Below are positions 51,901 to 62,348 of a DNA stretch of 64,000 bases, piece after piece (within the stretch, counting starts at the first letter, position 1; each line of letters starts with the position of its first letter). The notes under the pieces were generated by a model. It did no database searches. It was not told where the DNA came from and saw only the letters and a program-made list of their open reading frames with translations. This stretch comes from a virus. Location: the IMG/VR virus record IMGVR_UViG_3300035682_001186, positions 32,001-96,000 of that record, one strand, 5' to 3'. Made by a program: the position numbers and the translations under genes.

Positions 51901-54900
51901 TATACAACTCCAGCTACAATGTTGGATACAATTCTTTATCAAATTGCCAGTACAAGAAACAGTACAAATTCATTCTTTTGGAGTGATATGTTGTATACTG
52001 GAAGTCCATATAGAACCAACAGTTATCCATTTAATGTTTCATTATCTACTATTACATTACCAACATATAGAACTTATGATTTTACATCAGCGAACTATTA
52101 TGGTTTAGCTGTTTATATTACTACTACAGTTAATGGTCAACTAGTTACTAATCAATTGATACGTGGTGTGGATTATGTTGTTAATAATATTAGTCCAAAT
52201 TTAACAGTAACATATAACATTGTTGCTGGTGATACAATTACAGTTAATGAATACAATCAAACATATGGTACATATTGTCCAAACACACCAACTAAACTAG
52301 GATTATATCCAAGTTTTATTCCTGAAGTTATCTTAGATAATACTTATACTATCCCAACTTATTTTATTTTAGGTCATGATGGTAGTTATACAAAACTTTA
52401 TGGTAATTATATTAACGGTCAGTTAACTGATTTCCGTGATAAAGTTTTATTAGAATTTGAAACTAGAATTTACAATAACTTAAAAGTTTCTGGTGATATA
52501 CCATTATCAGCAGATGAAGTTATTCCAGGACAATTTAGAACCACTGATTATTCACAAAGTGAAATATTAGATATATATAGAACAAATTTCTTAAAATGGG
52601 TTGGTTTAAATCGTATTGATTATAAAACACAACAATACAATAGATCAAATCAATTTTCATATAATTATAATAAGAGTACTAACATACTTAACAATGAATT
52701 GTTAAAACAAGGTTATTGGAGAGGTGTATATAATTGGTTCTATGATACTAGTGATCCAGCAAATGCGCCATGGGAAATGTTAGGATTAACCAGTGAACCA
52801 ACTTGGTGGACTGATAGATACGGTGCTGCTCCATATACTAGTGATAATACATATATGTGGCAAGAAATTAGTGAAGGTTATGTATGGAATAATGGTGATA
52901 GTTATATTAATCCATTTAAAATCAGACCAGAATTATTAAGTGTATTGCCAGTAAATCCGGCTGGAACATTACAATCACCATTACCAATTGTAGTTGGTAA
53001 TTATGATTCATTTACATTTGAACGTAATTGGATTGTAGGAGATCAAGGGCCGGCAGAAACTGCATATCTACGCAGTAGTTCATATCCATTTGATTTAATG
53101 CGTATATTAGCATTAACTAAACCAGCAAAATTCTTTAACTTAAATGTTGATCGTGATTTGTACAAATATAATAAAGAATTCAATCAATATCTATACAATG
53201 ATCGTTATCATTTGAATCCTAGAGAGATTCAAGTTTATGGATATGACGAATCCACTTCTCAAGGCGTGTCCAAGGCATCGTATATTAATTGGGTAGTAGA
53301 CTATATCAATCAACGTGGTGTTAATGGTACAACTGAAGTTACTACAACCTTGAAAAATCTAGATGTCAGACTAACATATAATATGGCTGGATTTAGTAGT
53401 AAACAATACTTAAAATTTTTGATTGAAAAATCAACACCGAATACTCAAAATACAACATTGTTAATTCCAGACAATAGTTATAGTGTGTTGTTATACGATA
53501 ATGTACCAGAAGATAAAATTGTATATAGTTCAGTTATTGTACAACGTACTAGTGCGGGTTATACAGTTTGGGGAAATAGTCAAAGCGATCCATTCTTTAC
53601 GGTATCAGTACCTAAAGCTGGATTTACAAAAACATTAAGTGTGAATAATCTGTCAGTGACAGTTAGTAGTGAATTTTATACAGACAAAACTATTACAATA
53701 CCATATGGTAATTTATATTATACTACTCAGGGAGTTAGTGAATTTATTAAATCATATGGACAGTATCTAGTAGATCAAGGTATGATTTTTGGTTATGTAA
53801 TTGATACTATAACCTATGACTGGGATCAAATGATTCGTGAGTTTTTGCATTGGGCAGAACAAAGTTGGGAAGTTGGTAGTACTATCAATTTAAACCCATC
53901 TGCTAAAATTGCCACTGTAAATAGACCAGGATTAGTGGTTCAACCGTTGACAATTCAACAAGATAATTTTATTTTAAATCAAAATCTAATACCATTACAA
54001 AGTCAAAATGCTAGTATTGTAAGAGAAAATGAAAGTTTTACAGTTGGTGTATTAACTGACGGAGATAGTGTAGCCTTTACAAATCTTAATTTGGCTAGTA
54101 TGGAACACGCAGTAGTGTTTGATAATTCTACCATATTCAATGATACCATTTATGATTTAGTTACTGGATTACGTCAACAAAGATTGGTATTACAGGGTTA
54201 TAAATCAGGTGAATGGAATGGATATGTTAATGCCAGTGGATTTATTATCAATGAAGATAATATTCAAGAATGGGTACCTAACATCAAATATGCTAGTGGG
54301 AAAATTGTAACTTATAAAAATCAATATTGGGTTGCTAATCAATTGATTCAACCACAAGCAGAATTCTTTAATGAACAATGGACTCAAACAACATACGATA
54401 AAATTAAAACTGGATTATTACCTAATCCAAGTACCAATGCATATGAAAGTTTATATTACTATGATAGTACTAGAGCAAACTTTGAACTAGATGCCGATCT
54501 ATTATCATTTAGTTTGATAGGTTATAGACCAAGACAATATTTGGCTGATGCCGAATTAAGTGATATTACTCAAATTGGTGTATATAAAAACATCATTAAA
54601 GAAAAAGGAACTAACTTAATTGCTAATGCTTTTAAGAGTGCAAACTTAACTCAGGGTAAAATTGATTACAATGTAAAAGAAAATTGGGCAATTAAAACCA
54701 GTGTATTTGGTAGCGTATCTAACAGTAATTTTGTTGAATGTTTATTACTTCAGAATGAACTAACTGGTAATCCAACACTATTAGGATTCTCAGATAATGG
54801 ATCTGTAAGCGGAGTTCAACAAACAGTATTGATGAATGATATCATCAACTGGAATATGCCACCAACATCTGCAAATTTCTTACCGCCATTTAATGACGTT

Positions 54901-57900
54901 TATTCATATGAACGTGGTTTACCAAGCGCAGGATATGTCAATCTAAATGATGTAAAATTTAAAGCGTTTGAACTTACTGATTTAAATAATACATTTGATA
55001 CTACCAATATTGACACGTTGAATCGTGGTGATAATATTTGGGTTGCCAAATATCGTGGAAGTTGGAATGTATTTACTCCACAAACAGTAAACACACAAGT
55101 AATAAGTATCATTAATAATTTAAATAATACAATTACTGTTAACTTTGGTAAAAATCCAAATTTGGCAAAAAATGATCCAATTGCAATTAGTAATTTTGAT
55201 TCTAGAATCAATGGTTATTATGAAGTTCTATCAGTGAATTCATTAACTAGTGTAATTATTTCAAAAGCATTGGATAATGCTGTATTACAATTACAAGGTA
55301 ATGGTATAGCCTTTAAACTAGTATCTAGAAGATTTACTCAAGCTAGCGATCAAGTATATAGTACGGTATTCAATAGTGAATATTATACCAAAAAATCTTG
55401 GATTGATAGAGATACAGACAATCAGTGGGCTGTATGGTCATGTGGTCCAGATTATACTGAGTTTAATATTGACTCTACAGAATTGAATTTACAAGATTTG
55501 GGTAGTAGTGTTGCATACAGTACAGAAATAGGTTATGTTGGGGCCAGTGCAATTGATGGAACAATTTATCGTTATTATACTGACACTACTGGTCAAACTA
55601 TAACTCAAACTATATCTCAACCTTCTTCAACATTTGGCACAGCCATGGTTGCAGTAGATGAATACTTGTATGTCAGCGATGCACTTAATAATAAAGTTTA
55701 TGTGTATAAGGTAAATTATCCAAGTAATTTTATCACATTACAAACAATTATTAATCAGATTACCACTGGACAAATAACAGTTAGTGCTGATAATCAATGG
55801 GTATATATTTCCGATGTGGAAACAAAAACTATTGCAGTTTGGGCATTAATGACTAGTGGTGATTATGAATATGTTAGTACTATTACTGGTCCAAGTACTG
55901 CTACGGGATTTGGTACTTCAATCACTACTAGTATAGATGGAGTTAAATTAATTGTAGGTGCACCATTAGAAAGTTTAGTAACAAGTGGATCAACTCAATT
56001 AACTGGTTCTGGCGCAGCTTATGTATATACTAGAAGTGTACAAAGATTCATGTCAAATGGTACAAGTACTACATACACAGTTAATGGAACTATTCCTAAT
56101 GCAATTGCTGATGTCTTAGTTGATGATGTATTAACTAATGATGTATCTGTTTATGCTAATGGTTCAGTGGTATTTACTATTGCTCCAATTTATGGTAGTA
56201 TTATTGAAGTAAGTTATGGAGAAATGAATCTTGTTACTCAATTATTAAGTAGCAATCCGATAGTTGGCGGTAACTTTGGTACTAGTGTATCAACCAACAA
56301 ATTTGGAGCTCAATTAGTAATTGGATGTCCAAGTGAATTACAAACTGTTAATAATATATCAAACGTTCAAGGTGCAGTATATCGTTTCACCAATGGTGGT
56401 CAACAATATGGTTCAGTAGTTGGATCAGTTAGTGGCACCGCATCTGGATACATTTTCATTGATGGATTTAAAGTAACTTATTCTGGCACTGCAGATCAAA
56501 TAGCTCAATCAATTAATACTCAAACTCCAACCAATATTATAGCTGTTGCTAGTGGTAATATACTTCAAATTGGAGTTATAAACAATACAGTAGAAACTAT
56601 TAATAATATTATTGATATTACTGGACCAGAAGAATACATTACTAATTTGGGATTAACATTGTATGTTAATACACAAGTAATAGTTAATCCAAATTTACCA
56701 ACAATTGGAAGTTTTGGAAAAGTAGTATCTATGGGAACTCGTGACAGTATGGTAGTCAGTGATCCAACTGCTACAGTGTATGCTGAAACAACATTTGATT
56801 ATAATATAGTTGACCCAACCGTATGTAATCCTATAGTATCAATTGACAATTTTACTATTTTTGATCACGGTGCTACGGCGTTTATTGACACATTTGCAAA
56901 CACTGGAGTAGTATATGAATTTGACTATCTACCAGCTGCGGATGAAAGCATTATTAATCCTGGAAAATATGTATTTGGTCAATTTATTCAAAGTATAGAT
57001 AGAACTGGAATAGCAAATACTCCAAAATTTGGAACCAGTGTAGTTGATAATGATGGTGTAATAGTTGTAGGTGCTCCAAATTGGTATAGTACTGGTACTG
57101 GAAGAATTTTTGGATATGTTAACTATTGTCAAACTAGTAGTTGGTACATAGATAAGAAACCATTACCAATGGTCTCAGTTGAACGTTTAAATAATATATC
57201 TATCTATGATACTATTAGTAATAATACATTAGATTATCTAGATTATATTGATCCAGTACAAGGAAAATTATTAGGTGCAGTTGAAACAAATTTAGATTAT
57301 ATAAGTTCAACTAACCCAGCCACATATTCTGATGGAATAGTGTGGAGTTTTGAACATGTTGGTACTACATGGCTTGATACAACAAGTATTAGAATGTTGA
57401 ATTATAATCAACCAAGTGTGTCATATAACTCTAAAAATTGGGGTAAAGCATTTCCTGGAAGTACAGCCGATATATATACTTGGATAGGAAGTTCATTCCC
57501 ACCAATTCAATATAGTGGTAGTGGATTCGTAGTTGATTTTAATAATTATACTACAGTTAAAAGTTTAGATCGCTCAACCAATGCTATTGTTGTTGACTAT
57601 TTTTTCTGGGTTAAAAATTATAATTTTATTCCACCGGGAAAAACACTAAGTCCATTGACGTTAAGTCAATATATACTTAACCCACTTAATAGCGGAATAA
57701 GTTTCTTAGGTGCAATTACTACTAACGTTGTTGGATTGTTTAATTGTGAAAGTAGTATTAATGCGGCCAGTAGTGCACTACATATTGGTTACAGTATTGG
57801 TAATACACCAGATCAAAAACATCAAAGTTGGACATTAATTCAAGAAAATAATGCAACTGATTTCTTAACTGGATTCCCAACAGAAAGTCAACCAAATCCA

Positions 57901-60900
57901 ATTGGATTATATTCAAAATATTTAGATAGTTTTGCTGGACAAAATCGTCTTGGAATATATATACCAAATTCAAAATTACCAATTTTGACTCGTTATGGTA
58001 TTGATTATTCACAAAGTATGTTTATAAATCGTCCATTGGCACTACAAAATTATATTACATATGCTAATGAAGTTTTAATAAAATTACCTATTGCTGAAAC
58101 TCGCAGTTTATATTTCTTAAATCAAGTCGGAGTTGGATATGATACAAGAGATTACTGGTCATATACTGATTGGTGGGCAACTGGATATAGTAGTAGTACA
58201 AAGATTGTACTTGAAGTAAACACTGTTACTGATCTACAAACACTACAACCAAATCAAATACTTCCAGGAACAGAACAAATTGTTATTGGACTATCAGATG
58301 GCATCATTGTAAAAGTAAAAGCCAATGCACAAGGTAATAGTGAAACTTGGACATGGTATGCGGCTACTGGATGGGACAGAATAGGTTTACAAAACGGTAC
58401 AATTCAAATTTCAGAAACATTATATAATACCCCAGTTCATTGGGATATTGGTGGTTGGGATATTGGATTATATGATGATACAGTATATGAAGAAACTTAT
58501 TGGATCATTCGTTGGTTAAACGAAGAAGCTTATATAGAAGATTTGTTGATTGAACGTAATAATAGTTTAATATTAATGTTTAATTATATTCAAAGCGAAT
58601 CACTAGAACAACAAAATTATCTTACATGGCTCAACAAAACCAGTTTGATTGATGTAACTCATACTGTTCGTAAATTATTACCATACAAGAAATTTCAAAG
58701 AGATAATCAGGAATTCTTGAGTGGATATTTGAATGAAATTAAACCATTTCACGTTAAAATTAAAGACTTCTTATATGTATATCCGGGACAAGATACGTTC
58801 TTGGGCGATGTAACTGACTTTGATTTACCGGCAAAATTTGTACCAAGTGTGGGACAATTTGAAACTCCACAATTAGTATATACTACTCCAGAATTATATA
58901 CACCAGAATATTTATCTACTAGTACAGTATGGCAATCGCCTGAATATACTCAATGGATTGAAAATTATGGTTTAAGTATTACAAATGAAAAAGGTCTTTA
59001 TAATTTAACATCATTATCGGCATATATTACTTCAACTGCAACAATTATACCAGTTAAAAATACATATGGTATGCCTGATGCTGGATTTATATATATTGGC
59101 GCTGAGAAAATTTCTTACAGTAATGTTGATAAGTTACAAAACGTTTTAACAGATATACAACGAGGAATTGAATCAACTCCAACTGATCATTATCCAAATG
59201 ATATAGTTAGTGCCATATTACCAGCGGTAATTGTATTAGATAAAGCACGTGGATATGTAAATCCACCAGTGATTACTGTTATTAATAACAGTGCTTATCC
59301 TGAACCAAGAACTGTTGCTCAGCTAGTTCCAAATATGGTTAACGAATCATTGATATCAGTTCAGGTATTTAATTCTGGATCTGGTTACGCTACACAACCA
59401 ATGATTGAAATTGAAAGTAGTTCAATATCTTCTACGTTTGTCAGTACTGATGTTAATATTGTATTCAATACTATTACAGTAGTAGATCATAGTTTTGAAA
59501 CTGGTGATTCTATTAAGTATTCAATTGGTTTAAATACAGTATCTCCACTTGGATTAATTAATAATAGTTACTATTATGTAAGAGTTATTGACGTTAATAC
59601 TATTGCACTTTATTATTCAGTTAAGGGTGCTTATAACATTGACAAAACTAGTTTGATGGATACTGAACGTGTTCAATTAGAAACACAAGGTTCTGGAACT
59701 GAAAATACAGTGGCAGTTACGGCCAGAGTAGCATTACTAACTTCAAGTCAACCTGTTAGAGAATTAATGACTACTATTAAATTTGATAGAACAAGTTATG
59801 GTAGTTTAATTACTGAATGGATTAGTGGTACTATATATGCAGGAGAATTTACTGATATTGGAAAACTATCAAGTTCAACATTATTAGCGGCGTCAAGTAG
59901 TCCATGGGAATATTTGTCATGGAATGGAACAAATTGGGATGCTGATTTATTAGCATCAGCACAGGGTGCATCATTACCTATAGTACAAGTTAGAAATTCA
60001 TATTCATATAATGGACCAGTAATTGTAGAATTAAATTATGGATATACACCTGTAACTCCAGGACAATTAACTGGTCAAAAAATTACTGCCTATAAAGTTA
60101 GTTCAGGATGGGATATTAATGATTGGGATGCAGAAGACTGGGATCTTACTTATCTTGAATGGATTGATCCAATTGATTACTATGTAAAAGTTATTTCTAC
60201 AACATTAGTAGAAATATACTATGATCCATTATTTAATTTGCCAGTAAAACTTGTTGACTTTAATTACACTGTTAATGACGTATTATTCTTAAAAGAACCA
60301 TTTACATTTAGTAAAAGTTTAGTGACATATGCGGGAAAATTATATCAATGTATAGTTAGTAATAATGATACAATATTTGACTATAGTAAGTGGGAACAAA
60401 TTTATAGTAATAATTCAATATTGAATGCTGCTGATAGAATTGCTGCTTTTTACGAACCAACTGCTAATATGACGGGACGTGATCTTAGACAGTTAATGAG
60501 TGGTGTAGTTTATCCTAACGCTACTACACTTGGAACGCCGTTTAATTATAATGATGGTGAATTATATGATTCAGTTGGTTATGGATATTCGTCATATGAT
60601 GTTAATTCAACAGCCGAAATTGATACAAATCTTCAATCGCCAGATTTTAACTATAATCAATTGACTAACCCAACTACATATGATGTACAGGGTGGATCAT
60701 TTAATGACGGTTATGGCCCAGAAGAATTGATTCCTGGTTTAATCACTGATTTCTTAGAATTCAATGTTACTACTGATCCAACAACATTAAGTCCGGGTGA
60801 ATATTTGAACTTTAGAATTCAAGTTGGTAAATTTGGTACAGATTCTGCTTATAACGTTAATCCATATAGTAATATATACACAACTACAGTTTATAATACT

Positions 60901-61512
60901 AATCCATATACTCAAACATATTTGACTCAAGATTTTGTCAGTACTAATAGTATAAGTGATGTATTACATGTCAATGATGCCAGTAAATTGGTAGCAACAA
61001 TTGTTGAACCAGTTACCACTGACAGTAATGGAGTTGCATATATTTTAAGTGTGGCACAGTATATGACTGCATATCCAATATTAAGTATTCCGAATGCATT
61101 TACATATGAATATGTCAATTATAATGATATCAAGTTAACTATTAGCGGTATTACTAGTCCGACATTGTTATATGTTACCATTAGTGAAGGTAATATGTTG
61201 TTGGTTAATAGCGAATATATTCAATTTACTAATATTGATTTGGCAACTGACACTTTAAGTGGTTTATTACGTGGTAGAAATGGTACTATTACTAATGAGT
61301 TTATTGAATCTGGTACTATAGTTCAAAGTGTATTAATTAGAGATAGATTACCACAACAATATTACTTTCAATGGTGGTATGATTATTATGAAGGATGGGA
61401 TATGTATGATTGGGAGGCAGAAGACTGGGATATTAATGGTCCATTGAGTCAAACTTTAGATCAAAGCACTACAGTTTCTGCACTTTTCTTAAAGAGAGTA
61501 GTGGCACCATGA
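49000..61512 (+). CDS. Giant baseplate/virion structural protein, 4,170 aa (gp7 positional analogue)
   Basis: Follows gp6; YLNEIKPFHVKI motif; FG-GAP-like blades (FGTS...LIVGAP); CBM5/12-like WVPNIKYASGKIVTYKNQYW. Confidence 0.65.
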   Translation: MATKIRSLDFLPEVFRTDSNAQFLSATLDQLVQQPDLRRVEGFIGQKYGYSINPTDRYVVEPTKVRYDYQLDPSVVFLKTETQTAKDFINYPGLLNALQNNGAITNNNDRLFESEYYSWDSFADLDKIVNYSQYYWLPYGPDAVTVSTNTIYLSDNYNITYSDTGYTINNSVQKNPSITLLRGGTYTFEVNQSSQFWIQGVPGLSGYGLSPNTSTRDVLGVENNGDSIGTVTFTVPAKDAQSEYDLPGNNTVDLVTTLTYAQINGQTAASIGNIDGVTQLNGRTLMFYNNDEAGSSQTYFYSISVNISTNIVTLTQGIGIPNSQKITVTSGTTYVGRTFYRDGTGTIKLIPYLSAVLDTLYYQDGSNPLNVGVINLIENNTTNSINIDQILGKKNYTSPNGVTFINGLKVIFEGTTVPSTYQNNEYYVEGVGTAINLLLVNDYRSVESDEPGTYYPWDYYNWDDKEWDQSNNVPLYPDYLTINRNSRDLNAWSRSNRWFNIQVINATIEKNGQLTSIIGNTSTRAQRPIIEFYGNLGLYNSGTKFLDFVSLFDNTTIDAFTEIVGQPAYTIDGQPLLSGQTIIFNHDDNSLVRKNVYEVSFVPTGPGNSNVIALNIVETAQDKNQVTIISGTVRKSTSWRFNSVDSTWIQCQQKSTVNQAPLYDIYDINGISLSDQLYYNGSTFAGTKLFSYTDGTGKVDPILGFPISYSSTVSIGDINFTVNLNKDLFYYQQSDSVVEEKINIGYVYDYLTPDVPTKKTGWVTAFTQSFQSQVFEFTVNQETQSRFTCDVVVKTDTVIDPHHVYVNDVSLDEDTAYSHVIDLNNNTTTIILNTPAIRGNKVTVTLLSDQVSRTGYYEIPSNLQNNPFNTDITNVDVGDIKNQYDTIFENTVGVTGQVFGPNNVYNLGNLNRFGTAIIQNSASLVLPGVFLRKPGFNLFEALQFNSDQYTNFKSLLINLTDQNDFTVYTTPATMLDTILYQIASTRNSTNSFFWSDMLYTGSPYRTNSYPFNVSLSTITLPTYRTYDFTSANYYGLAVYITTTVNGQLVTNQLIRGVDYVVNNISPNLTVTYNIVAGDTITVNEYNQTYGTYCPNTPTKLGLYPSFIPEVILDNTYTIPTYFILGHDGSYTKLYGNYINGQLTDFRDKVLLEFETRIYNNLKVSGDIPLSADEVIPGQFRTTDYSQSEILDIYRTNFLKWVGLNRIDYKTQQYNRSNQFSYNYNKSTNILNNELLKQGYWRGVYNWFYDTSDPANAPWEMLGLTSEPTWWTDRYGAAPYTSDNTYMWQEISEGYVWNNGDSYINPFKIRPELLSVLPVNPAGTLQSPLPIVVGNYDSFTFERNWIVGDQGPAETAYLRSSSYPFDLMRILALTKPAKFFNLNVDRDLYKYNKEFNQYLYNDRYHLNPREIQVYGYDESTSQGVSKASYINWVVDYINQRGVNGTTEVTTTLKNLDVRLTYNMAGFSSKQYLKFLIEKSTPNTQNTTLLIPDNSYSVLLYDNVPEDKIVYSSVIVQRTSAGYTVWGNSQSDPFFTVSVPKAGFTKTLSVNNLSVTVSSEFYTDKTITIPYGNLYYTTQGVSEFIKSYGQYLVDQGMIFGYVIDTITYDWDQMIREFLHWAEQSWEVGSTINLNPSAKIATVNRPGLVVQPLTIQQDNFILNQNLIPLQSQNASIVRENESFTVGVLTDGDSVAFTNLNLASMEHAVVFDNSTIFNDTIYDLVTGLRQQRLVLQGYKSGEWNGYVNASGFIINEDNIQEWVPNIKYASGKIVTYKNQYWVANQLIQPQAEFFNEQWTQTTYDKIKTGLLPNPSTNAYESLYYYDSTRANFELDADLLSFSLIGYRPRQYLADAELSDITQIGVYKNIIKEKGTNLIANAFKSANLTQGKIDYNVKENWAIKTSVFGSVSNSNFVECLLLQNELTGNPTLLGFSDNGSVSGVQQTVLMNDIINWNMPPTSANFLPPFNDVYSYERGLPSAGYVNLNDVKFKAFELTDLNNTFDTTNIDTLNRGDNIWVAKYRGSWNVFTPQTVNTQVISIINNLNNTITVNFGKNPNLAKNDPIAISNFDSRINGYYEVLSVNSLTSVIISKALDNAVLQLQGNGIAFKLVSRRFTQASDQVYSTVFNSEYYTKKSWIDRDTDNQWAVWSCGPDYTEFNIDSTELNLQDLGSSVAYSTEIGYVGASAIDGTIYRYYTDTTGQTITQTISQPSSTFGTAMVAVDEYLYVSDALNNKVYVYKVNYPSNFITLQTIINQITTGQITVSADNQWVYISDVETKTIAVWALMTSGDYEYVSTITGPSTATGFGTSITTSIDGVKLIVGAPLESLVTSGSTQLTGSGAAYVYTRSVQRFMSNGTSTTYTVNGTIPNAIADVLVDDVLTNDVSVYANGSVVFTIAPIYGSIIEVSYGEMNLVTQLLSSNPIVGGNFGTSVSTNKFGAQLVIGCPSELQTVNNISNVQGAVYRFTNGGQQYGSVVGSVSGTASGYIFIDGFKVTYSGTADQIAQSINTQTPTNIIAVASGNILQIGVINNTVETINNIIDITGPEEYITNLGLTLYVNTQVIVNPNLPTIGSFGKVVSMGTRDSMVVSDPTATVYAETTFDYNIVDPTVCNPIVSIDNFTIFDHGATAFIDTFANTGVVYEFDYLPAADESIINPGKYVFGQFIQSIDRTGIANTPKFGTSVVDNDGVIVVGAPNWYSTGTGRIFGYVNYCQTSSWYIDKKPLPMVSVERLNNISIYDTISNNTLDYLDYIDPVQGKLLGAVETNLDYISSTNPATYSDGIVWSFEHVGTTWLDTTSIRMLNYNQPSVSYNSKNWGKAFPGSTADIYTWIGSSFPPIQYSGSGFVVDFNNYTTVKSLDRSTNAIVVDYFFWVKNYNFIPPGKTLSPLTLSQYILNPLNSGISFLGAITTNVVGLFNCESSINAASSALHIGYSIGNTPDQKHQSWTLIQENNATDFLTGFPTESQPNPIGLYSKYLDSFAGQNRLGIYIPNSKLPILTRYGIDYSQSMFINRPLALQNYITYANEVLIKLPIAETRSLYFLNQVGVGYDTRDYWSYTDWWATGYSSSTKIVLEVNTVTDLQTLQPNQILPGTEQIVIGLSDGIIVKVKANAQGNSETWTWYAATGWDRIGLQNGTIQISETLYNTPVHWDIGGWDIGLYDDTVYEETYWIIRWLNEEAYIEDLLIERNNSLILMFNYIQSESLEQQNYLTWLNKTSLIDVTHTVRKLLPYKKFQRDNQEFLSGYLNEIKPFHVKIKDFLYVYPGQDTFLGDVTDFDLPAKFVPSVGQFETPQLVYTTPELYTPEYLSTSTVWQSPEYTQWIENYGLSITNEKGLYNLTSLSAYITSTATIIPVKNTYGMPDAGFIYIGAEKISYSNVDKLQNVLTDIQRGIESTPTDHYPNDIVSAILPAVIVLDKARGYVNPPVITVINNSAYPEPRTVAQLVPNMVNESLISVQVFNSGSGYATQPMIEIESSSISSTFVSTDVNIVFNTITVVDHSFETGDSIKYSIGLNTVSPLGLINNSYYYVRVIDVNTIALYYSVKGAYNIDKTSLMDTERVQLETQGSGTENTVAVTARVALLTSSQPVRELMTTIKFDRTSYGSLITEWISGTIYAGEFTDIGKLSSSTLLAASSSPWEYLSWNGTNWDADLLASAQGASLPIVQVRNSYSYNGPVIVELNYGYTPVTPGQLTGQKITAYKVSSGWDINDWDAEDWDLTYLEWIDPIDYYVKVISTTLVEIYYDPLFNLPVKLVDFNYTVNDVLFLKEPFTFSKSLVTYAGKLYQCIVSNNDTIFDYSKWEQIYSNNSILNAADRIAAFYEPTANMTGRDLRQLMSGVVYPNATTLGTPFNYNDGELYDSVGYGYSSYDVNSTAEIDTNLQSPDFNYNQLTNPTTYDVQGGSFNDGYGPEELIPGLITDFLEFNVTTDPTTLSPGEYLNFRIQVGKFGTDSAYNVNPYSNIYTTTVYNTNPYTQTYLTQDFVSTNSISDVLHVNDASKLVATIVEPVTTDSNGVAYILSVAQYMTAYPILSIPNAFTYEYVNYNDIKLTISGITSPTLLYVTISEGNMLLVNSEYIQFTNIDLATDTLSGLLRGRNGTITNEFIESGTIVQSVLIRDRLPQQYYFQWWYDYYEGWDMYDWEAEDWDINGPLSQTLDQSTTVSALFLKRVVAP

Positions 61513-61523
61513 CTAAATATAAC

Positions 61524-61679
61524 ATGAACACAAATAATGCATCTAAAGTAAGTCAAGAACAGAAACTAAGTTCACCGACTAAGAAACCAAACGAACAAGT
61601 AGGGTTTCATTTTAGTAGTTCAATGAAGATTACTGATCCAAAAACTGGAAAAGTACTTTTACAAATGAGATGCGATTAA
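61524..61679 (+). CDS. Small 51-aa virion-cluster protein (not in ORF track)
   Basis: MNTNNASK...PNEQVGFHFSSSMKITDPKTGKVLLQMRCD*; ACTAAATA at 61512-61519. Confidence 0.65.
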   Translation: MNTNNASKVSQEQKLSSPTKKPNEQVGFHFSSSMKITDPKTGKVLLQMRCD

Positions 61680-61690
61680 CGGATATTACT

Positions 61691-62308
61691 ATGAAAACAA
61701 ATATTACATTCGGAATTGAAGGTTTTCTGAAAATACATGATCCTAAATCTGGAGAAGTATTTTTTGACGATCACAATGCAATAAATTACGAAAACATGTC
61801 AGAGGCTATGGCTTATACTTTAGCTGATCGTGGTAAAGGTACAATTTATCAAATGGCTTTTGGTAATGGTGCTGCTAGTATTGATAGTACTGGATTGATT
61901 ACATATCTTCCACCTAATACTACTGGTCAAAATGCAGCATTATATAATCAAACATACGCTAAAATTGTTGATGATACATTAATTTCAAATAATGATCCAA
62001 CTAGAAACAATATGACAGTAAATCATGTAGTAGGTGAACTATATACTGATATTTTAGTACAATGTTTATTAGATTATGGTGAGCCAAGTGGTCAAGCCGC
62101 ATTTGATAATGGTACAGATACAGATAGTACATATACATTTGACGAATTGGGATTATTAGCTAATTATGGTTTAGATGGTAATGGTAATGTATTAACTAGA
62201 TTATTGACACATGTGGTGTTTGCACCAATTCAAAAATCACTAAATCGTCAAATTCAAATTGATTATACAGTAAGAATTCAGACGCTAACTAATTTGGTTA
62301 CAATTTAA
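61691..62308 (+). CDS. Virion structural protein (fibre-attachment/baseplate type)
   Basis: MAFGNG, FDELGL, LTHVVFAPIQKS..R.IQIDYTVRI; ATG 61691 follows GGA, track start 61670 overlaps upstream ORF. Confidence 0.6.
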   Translation: MKTNITFGIEGFLKIHDPKSGEVFFDDHNAINYENMSEAMAYTLADRGKGTIYQMAFGNGAASIDSTGLITYLPPNTTGQNAALYNQTYAKIVDDTLISNNDPTRNNMTVNHVVGELYTDILVQCLLDYGEPSGQAAFDNGTDTDSTYTFDELGLLANYGLDGNGNVLTRLLTHVVFAPIQKSLNRQIQIDYTVRIQTLTNLVTI

Positions 62309-62348
62309 GATAAATAAACATATCAGAACTCAAAGGATTAATTAAATC

